DNA from: Sedimentisphaeraceae bacterium JB056
GTDB taxonomy: Bacteria; Planctomycetota; Phycisphaerae; Sedimentisphaerales; Sedimentisphaeraceae
Assembly: GCA_044440125.1 (NCBI GenBank)
Contig: JBITAJ010000016.1
Location: 23,618 to 87,617, forward strand
DNA: 64,000 bases
Direction: 5' to 3'
Shown: piece after piece, positions 59,001 to 64,000 of the stretch
Position numbering within the stretch: the first letter of the stretch is position 1
Layout of the letters: every line of letters starts with the position of its first letter
Translations under genes and position numbers: made by a program
Notes under the pieces: generated by a model
The model's database searches: none
What the model saw: only the letters and a program-made list of their open reading frames with translations
Told to the model about the DNA's origin: nothing

Positions 59001-59877
59001 TAGGTGATGAGAGCAAACCTGCTTTGATGAAGACCATATTACTCAGTTCAACGGGCACGATATATCCGTCCCAGTTGTTTGGGTTGCTCCATAGATGATC
59101 TTCAACTCTGTCACGCCAGTTTGGGTAAATCTTAACTGCATAAAGCGTTGTCTTGCCGCTGTTGGTTACGTTGTAATCAACACTGACTGCTCCCGAGCCG
59201 TTATACGCTGTTATATAGTCATTGTCAATATAACTTTGAATTGTTGATGTGACATCACCATCTATAACGATAGTGCCGCCGGATATGTCGACCTGACCGA
59301 CACTACTTGTGGCTTCATCGTTTACTATCACAAGTCCGCCTGACCCTATGTTGATCTCTCCGCCGTCAACATTAACTGTTCCCGTACTGTTGAGATATCC
59401 TGGGACATACAATGTGTCTGTGTTTATAGTGCCGCCGGATATATTTAGGGTTCCATCGGTATTCCAGTCACCAACGTCAATGTATCCACTGCTGCCGATA
59501 GTGATTGTTCCGCCTGTCATATCCAGTATACCGTGAACATCGCTGGAAGTTGAACTGTAGTGGCCAAGCCGCAAAATCTCAGTGATCGTTATGCTTGCAC
59601 CGGAGTTGACTGTCAGTGTCGCATCGCCTGTACCGTCTTTACCGACATACACTCTCAGCAGAGTTGGTACGCTTGAATTTATCGTGGGATCGGCAGCTTC
59701 CTGTCCTGCGATAATATAAGCATAATCGCTTGAAGAAGGAATTACATTGCCATACCAGTTGTCGCTGCTGCTCCACAAGCTGTCATACGCATCGCCGTTG
59801 TCCCAGTCTATCTGGGTGGCGTAAGCCATTTGAAATGCAGCAAGTAATGTGATTAATACCATTAGATTTTTGTTCAT
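56089..59877 (-). CDS. Secreted multi-domain GH16 glycoside hydrolase
   Basis: Signal peptide; WTLTFHDEF, YGYWEAR, AFW, EIDINE, FHTYALEW, VDYVRVY; duplicated accessory modules; SD GGAGG before ATG 59877. Confidence 0.85.
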   Translation of the reverse strand: MNKNLMVLITLLAAFQMAYATQIDWDNGDAYDSLWSSSDNWYGNVIPSSSDYAYIIAGQEAADPTINSSVPTLLRVYVGKDGTGDATLTVNSGASITITEILRLGHYSSTSSDVHGILDMTGGTITIGSSGYIDVGDWNTDGTLNISGGTINTDTLYVPGYLNSTGTVNVDGGEINIGSGGLVIVNDEATSSVGQVDISGGTIVIDGDVTSTIQSYIDNDYITAYNGSGAVSVDYNVTNSGKTTLYAVKIYPNWRDRVEDHLWSNPNNWDGYIVPVELSNMVFIKAGLLSSPKQDPIINTTVPDVFRIGVGKDGSGTATLTITSSASITVTDLLRLGNYNASPSTVHGILNMSGGTLNVGTTGTYKSIDVGSKYSTGTLNLSGGTINVNTLNVPHSSFSTGEVNVSGGTLNVGTGGVFLSNDPTTGIEKAGSIDICGGTLIIDGQWQGRCEIWAANGWLTAYDGDGILNIDYDVTNSGKTTVTATFDEGKARKPSPIYDGIGLNPTLSWEAGDYAAATQGHDVYFGTSYTAVLNATTSSGEYMGRFDPNSWTPSTLDYATTYYWRVDEINTTNVQSPWTGYVWNFTTTVDLPEKTGWTLTFHDEFNGTGMDWTKWESSSASPSHILSSRWPENIVVNGGCMNMLTIKENRGDAQWTTGDVWTRSFKQKYGYWEARYKYAAETGLNNAFWVYAPGDFEIDINEGHYTGEINTNLHNWDGTHIAYGQAYNTGLDLSAAFHTYALEWTDTELKYYFDGQLIRTLNHTTTAADPNDPTPAQFSSAVHEWAGDITDDLDGKNMVVDYVRVYERSKQAYNPTPTDGEIAVSSSTALSWTAGAMAAATNGHDVYLGTSEQAVAVADHNSDEFQGTQSTTTFSPSSLNQGTTYYWAIDEINGNDIWPGNIWSFTTWGPSIYLIDPSNITATASGTSQYGYRSPVYAINGNGLTDQNHTNGNGDYSMWMDDTSTGWFKVDLGSSYSLGTLKLWNFNMDGYTDRGVNQADVYYSNSASDPGNPVDNPSNWTLVGTAGSQTFTEASGRSDYGSNTSYSMPDIVNLYGITARWISLDINSNHGSAYLGISELQVTEEPDPIYVASSNITSSASGVSQWGDREDEYAIDGSGISGNAHTNSIDGYMWMADTSTGWYKVDLGQEYSNLYYLKIWNFNYTGYTGRGANQVDIYYSNNASDPGDPANNPSNWTLIGTQGSLNLTEASGRSDYGSNSSYNMPDIIDLTNITARWFYLDINSNHGIEPYIGLSEMKFYKY

Positions 59878-60092
59878 TTCGTGCCTCCGAAAAAAAGTGA
59901 AATTAGAAGGATCACGTGTTTCCACGTGTTAACTATCATACCAACCTTTACGATTCTAACAGTGAAGAGCGAAAACATGAACGCCAAATCACGTCTTTGT
60001 TTAGCCTATTTGCGAACTGTATGTATTGTGTCTGTTTATAATGTTTGTGTTTTTAGTTGAAAAATGTTTGATTTTACATTATATTTTGTGCT

Positions 60093-60935
60093 ATGACTTC
60101 TGAGCAAAAAAATGTGGGTAATTTCGTTTTCCTTGAGAGTTTTGATGAAATCTGTCAATGCTTTTATTCTTTGTTTGGCATAAGAATAGCCTTTTTCACC
60201 TCTTCCGGGCAGGAGATAAATCCTAATGATGCCTTGCCGCTTTGTAAGTATTGCAAACAGATACGGGAAGATCTCAAACTCACTGATAAATGTATAGATT
60301 CAGATCAGTACCATTGCATCAAAGCAAGCAAATTATCCCATCCGCTGGAGTATGTATGCCACAGCGGGCTTTCTGAATATATCGTGCCTCTTAAGTATGA
60401 AGATATAGTCTATGGCAATTTGATGATAGGCCAATACAGACTCTCTGATGTTATTCCTGATAATATTTTGTCCAGGGCAAAGGAGATTGGCCTCAAGCCT
60501 GAGAAAATCAGAGATGCTTTTGAAAAGGTGCCGCTTATAGATCAGGCTAAGCTCAAGGAGATTAAGCATCTGCTTGGAATGCTTACTGAGTTGATAACTC
60601 TCAGGAGAATGGTGACAAATCTTGAAAATCGTTCTGTTGAAGATGTGCTGCTTTTCATGGATCAGGCTCCTGGCAGCAATTTAAGCCTTTCCGATGCTGC
60701 TAAGATGGCAAAATGCAGTGTTTCAACTTTTGCTTCAATATTCAAACAAAGTACAGGATTGAGCTTCAAGCAGTATCAATTGCGTTTGAAGCTTGATAAA
60801 GCGGAACAATATATAAAGGCCGACAAAAAAATAACGGTGAAGGAAGTTGCCGAGATTCTTGGATTTAGCGACCAATACCATTTTTCGAAAATATATAAAA
60901 AGCATAAAGGTATCGCTCCTTCTCATGTAAGATGA
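60093..60935 (+). CDS. AraC-family regulator with PocR sensor domain
   Basis: LCKYC..IR, C..SD, YVCHSGL, MIGQ; VAEILGFSDQYHFSKIYKK.KGIAPS. Confidence 0.92.
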   Translation: MTSEQKNVGNFVFLESFDEICQCFYSLFGIRIAFFTSSGQEINPNDALPLCKYCKQIREDLKLTDKCIDSDQYHCIKASKLSHPLEYVCHSGLSEYIVPLKYEDIVYGNLMIGQYRLSDVIPDNILSRAKEIGLKPEKIRDAFEKVPLIDQAKLKEIKHLLGMLTELITLRRMVTNLENRSVEDVLLFMDQAPGSNLSLSDAAKMAKCSVSTFASIFKQSTGLSFKQYQLRLKLDKAEQYIKADKKITVKEVAEILGFSDQYHFSKIYKKHKGIAPSHVR

Positions 60936-61008
60936 CAAATGGATTGACTTTAGCCGCTGTTTCGCTATATTGACGGCTTAACAAAACAGACAAAGAAACG
61001 AATGGTAT

Positions 61009-62784
61009 ATGGAACGTAACAAAGATATAAAAGATGCAATAGAATACGAATTACTCAACAGTGTCAGGATGCCGGGGCGGTATATTGGCGGTGAGGTCAA
61101 TCAAATAGTCAAATCTCCTGATTCAGTGGAGACTCGCATGGCTATGTGTTTCCCTGATACTTATGAGATTGGCATGAGTAATACCGCTCTGGGAATCTTG
61201 TATGATATAGTCAATAAGCTTGGCTGGGCCGCGGCTGAGCGTGTTTTTACGCCATGGACGGATGCAGAGCAGGTGATGCGGGAAAAGGAAATACCTCTTT
61301 TTTCTCTTGAAAATAAATCTGCTGTTTCAGACTTTGATGTTGTCGGCTTCAGTACTACAACTGAGCTTTGCCACACGAATGTTCTCAATATGCTTGACCT
61401 TGCAGGCTTGGAGGTTCGCAGCAGCAAGCGTTCAGCGAACGATCCTCTGGTTATTGCGGGGGGGCAAGTTGCCAATTGCTGTGAGCCCTTGGCGGAGTTC
61501 ATTGATGTATTTATAATTGGTGAAGGTGAGGAGGCTCTTGTAGAGCTGCTTGAAGTTGTTCGCGAGGCCAAGAAGAATAATACACCACGCGAAGAGCTAC
61601 TTACCTGTATTGCAAAGAGCTTCGATTGGGCATACGTTCCATCACTTTACGAATTTGAGTATGACGGCGATAAAATATCCGCATTCAAGTCTAAGTCGGC
61701 AGGCTTGCCTGTGAGATTCAATAATGCGGTAGTTAGCGATTTTGAGAATGCTCCTGTGCCGGAGAAACCTATTGTGCCGTTTACTGAGGCTGTTCATGAG
61801 AGAGTCAGCGTTGAAATAATGAGAGGTTGTCCGGGCAGGTGTCGATTTTGTCAGGCAAGTTTCTCTCGTCGTCCGCTTAGGTATCGCAGTGTTGATAAAA
61901 TCGTCGAGATAGCCAAGACCAACTATCTTTCTACCGGTTTCGATACCGTTTCGCTGCTTAGTCTTTCAACAGCCGATTATCCGTGGCTTGAGGAGCTTAT
62001 AGACAAGCTCCGCGAGTATTTTGATGATAAGAAAGTGGGCATATCTCTGCCGAGCCTTAAGGTCGATAAGCAGCTTGAGCTTGTGCCTAAGATGGCATCT
62101 TCTGTGAGAAAGAGCGGGCTTACGATTGCCGTGGAAGCCGCCAGCGAGAGTCTTCGCAAGATGATAAACAAGCCGATTACAAACGAGAATCTTTTCAAGG
62201 CGATTAAAGAGGCTTACAGGGTTGGCTTTCATCGGGTAAAACTGTATTTTATGGTAGGCTTTCCGGGTGAAACTGAGCAGGACATCAGGGATATTGTCGA
62301 TCTTGCTTATGAGGTTGCATCCATTCATAAAGAAATCAGCGGCAGACCGGCTAACGTTAATGCCGCGGTGAGCTGGCTTGTACCAAAGCCGCATACGCCT
62401 TTCCAATGGGTTGGGCAAAAGAGTCAGCAGTATTTTGAGGATGCCAAGACTATTATACTCCAGCGAAAAAGGGAGCTTAATATTCGCTGCGTGAAGTTCA
62501 ATTTTCATGAGCTTGACAGGAGCCAGATAGAAGCAGCGGTCGGTCGCGGCGACAGGCGGATTTGTGATGCGATTGAAGCGGTATGGCGAAAAGGTGCGAG
62601 GTTTGACTTATGGAATGAGCATTTTGATTATCAGCTCTGGATAGATACGTTTGCCGAGCATGGCATTGATCTTGCAGAGCTTGCCGAAAAGAGTTATGAT
62701 GCTGCAGATATATTGCCATGGCAGCACCTCGGCGGACTTGATACTGAATATTATCTCAGACACTATAATAAAGCTTGTGAATGA
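61009..62784 (+). CDS. Radical SAM protein, TIGR03960-like
   Basis: PGRYIGGEVN, FPDTYEIGMS, EIMRGCPGRCRFCQA, KLYFMVG.PGET, PKPHTPFQW, LPW. Confidence 0.9.
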   Translation: MERNKDIKDAIEYELLNSVRMPGRYIGGEVNQIVKSPDSVETRMAMCFPDTYEIGMSNTALGILYDIVNKLGWAAAERVFTPWTDAEQVMREKEIPLFSLENKSAVSDFDVVGFSTTTELCHTNVLNMLDLAGLEVRSSKRSANDPLVIAGGQVANCCEPLAEFIDVFIIGEGEEALVELLEVVREAKKNNTPREELLTCIAKSFDWAYVPSLYEFEYDGDKISAFKSKSAGLPVRFNNAVVSDFENAPVPEKPIVPFTEAVHERVSVEIMRGCPGRCRFCQASFSRRPLRYRSVDKIVEIAKTNYLSTGFDTVSLLSLSTADYPWLEELIDKLREYFDDKKVGISLPSLKVDKQLELVPKMASSVRKSGLTIAVEAASESLRKMINKPITNENLFKAIKEAYRVGFHRVKLYFMVGFPGETEQDIRDIVDLAYEVASIHKEISGRPANVNAAVSWLVPKPHTPFQWVGQKSQQYFEDAKTIILQRKRELNIRCVKFNFHELDRSQIEAAVGRGDRRICDAIEAVWRKGARFDLWNEHFDYQLWIDTFAEHGIDLAELAEKSYDAADILPWQHLGGLDTEYYLRHYNKACE

Positions 62785-62932
62785 AACATGAATAAACAAC
62801 TTAGGATTTGTATTTCAGTGTAAAGATAATATAATTATCTGAAATTATTTATGTGATATGCTTCGGATTAGGGATTAACAAAATGTAAAGTTGGAAAACT
62901 ATACTTTTTGTTTTTCTACTATCAAAGTTTAT

Positions 62933-63069
62933 GGCTCATGGACAGATTTATTATTGTGCATCGCAATATAAGAAAACAATGCTAGGATAGGTTGCTTTTT
63001 AGTCATCTTTATGCAGTCGTATTTGTTATATGATATAGGCTGTATCTCGCAAAAGAGTGTCCATGAGCC
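62933..63069 (+). ncRNA. Retron msr-msd RNA (Ec67/Eco2-like)
   Basis: Perfect 12-bp IR GGCTCATGGACA (62933-62944) / TGTCCATGAGCC (63058-63069); G at 62945 at the branching position; internal hairpins 62952-62968 and about 63011-63045; ends 22 nt before RT ATG. Confidence 0.85.
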
Positions 63070-63091
63070 GCTTATATTTTTCAGGAGAAAA

Positions 63092-63860
63092 ATGTCGCGA
63101 TTACAGAAATTAAAAGAAACAAAATCACTTAGCGATATTGCAAATATGCTCGGTTTCAAACCAAAGGCAGTTTCATATATTCTATTTAGTATTCCAAATA
63201 AAGACAAATATGTCAATTTTGAAATTCCTAAAAAAAATGGAGGAAAGCGACTAATAAAAGCACCTACAGATAAATTAAAACTGCTGCAGAGACGATTAGC
63301 TGACTTATTAAATGAATGCTTTGATGAGATAAGATATGAATCTGGAAAAAAAACACTGTCCCATGGATTTATAAAGAAACATTCTATTGTTACAAATGCG
63401 AAGAATCATAAAAATAAACGATATGTTTTTAATGTTGACTTACAAAATTTTTTTCCATCAATAAATTTTGGTCGTGTTCGTGGTTTTTTTATTAAAAACC
63501 ACCATTTTAATTTAGATCGTAATGTTGCTACTGTTATAGCGCAGATAGCATGCCATGATAACGAGCTACCACAAGGCAGCCCTTGTTCACCAGTAATATC
63601 TAATTTAATTGGGCATTTATTAGATATTAGAATCGTTAATTTAGCAAAGAAATACAAATGTACATATTCAAGGTATGTTGATGATTTGACTTTTTCGACC
63701 AATAAAAGAGATTTTCCTAATTCGATAGCAATTATGAACAGCGATAATAGTTGGGATGCAGGTGGCAAGTTAATAAGAGAAATTGAGAAAGTAGGTTTTA
63801 GTTTAAACTTACAAAAAACCTCGATGCAGTTTAAAACTTCACGTCAAATAGTAACAGGAC
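63092..63860 (+). CDS. Retron reverse transcriptase (Ec67-like), apparently interrupted after VTG; frame stays open to window end
   Basis: Manual translation MSRLQKLKE...IPKKNGGKRLIKAP...SHGF...NAKNH...DLQNFFPSINFGRVRGFF...LPQGSPCSP...YSRYVDDLTFS...RQIVTG; SD AGGAG; missing from ORF track because no stop lies in the window. Confidence 0.93.
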
Positions 63861-64000
63861 CAATACTGTTCGGCACCCCATTTGCTAAATCTTATTTACA
63901 ATGGTTAATTATATCGTGGTTGCATTGTATTTCAATCTGTAAAGTGTTGGAAGTTGGATATCGAATGCTTGTTCTGATATTTTCGCGCATGCTCAAGGGC
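63861..64000. mobile_element. Possible end of an insertion sequence (IS4-like terminal repeat) within the RT gene
   Basis: RT-like sequence ends abruptly; new sequence starts CAATACTGTTCGGCACCCC; only one end visible. Confidence 0.4.

Noticed and set aside
39..62799. Numerous 60-180 aa ORFs overlapping assigned genes
   Set aside because: Alternate-frame or antisense shadows of well-supported CDSs, without motifs
62929..63768. Minus-strand ORFs 62929-63216 and 63406-63768
   Set aside because: Antisense shadows of the retron ncRNA and RT with no recognisable motifs
63092..63860. RT as group II intron, DGR or CRISPR-associated RT
   Set aside because: NAxxH and VTG motifs plus the upstream inverted-repeat ncRNA indicate a retron; no TR/VR pair or cas genes seen
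63861..64000. Hydrophobic in-frame continuation of the RT as a fused membrane effector
   Set aside because: It starts exactly where the conserved VTGL motif breaks and the RT thumb is missing; read-through into inserted DNA is simpler. Not fully excluded without downstream sequence.
1..64000. CRISPR arrays, tRNA/rRNA genes, prophage or integrase genes
   Set aside because: None recognised by eye; a covariance-model scan was not possible

Overview
Bacterial chromosomal segment of moderate-to-low GC. Gene content (PEP-CTERM/exosortase, dockerin-tailed secreted proteins, an H-X9-DG-type prepilin, a planctomycete-style T2SS) suggests Planctomycetota, probably Phycisphaerae; this is an inference. 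In order: tgt (partial) and small genes; a minus-strand EPS-export/exosortase operon (Wza-like, exosortase, EpsI-like, giant TPR, Wzc-like, TPR, lspA, PEGA, U32); Memo, purE, ATP-PFK, an Asp-box protein, mlaE/mlaF and a DUF6250-like lipoprotein; a ROK-linked sugar-acid operon (PPi-PFK, mannonate oxidoreductase, HAD, LarA-family epimerase, PfkB kinase, gnd); an unexplained rod-like hairpin; a cobalamin riboswitch ahead of a three-gene surface-protein/prepilin operon with no BtuB/BtuFCD; GT4; rnd; gspDEFGHIJKLM running into uvrB-nadC; a multi-domain GH16 protein with a divergent PocR-AraC regulator; a radical SAM gene; and, at the right edge and absent from the ORF track, an Ec67-like retron (msr-msd plus RT) whose RT appears interrupted right after its VTG motif. 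Best candidates for new biology: the B12-riboswitch surface-binder plus pilin operon beside a T2SS and exosortase, the retron, and a dehydratase-free mannonate-to-6-phosphogluconate route. All family assignments come from motif recognition; no database searches were run.
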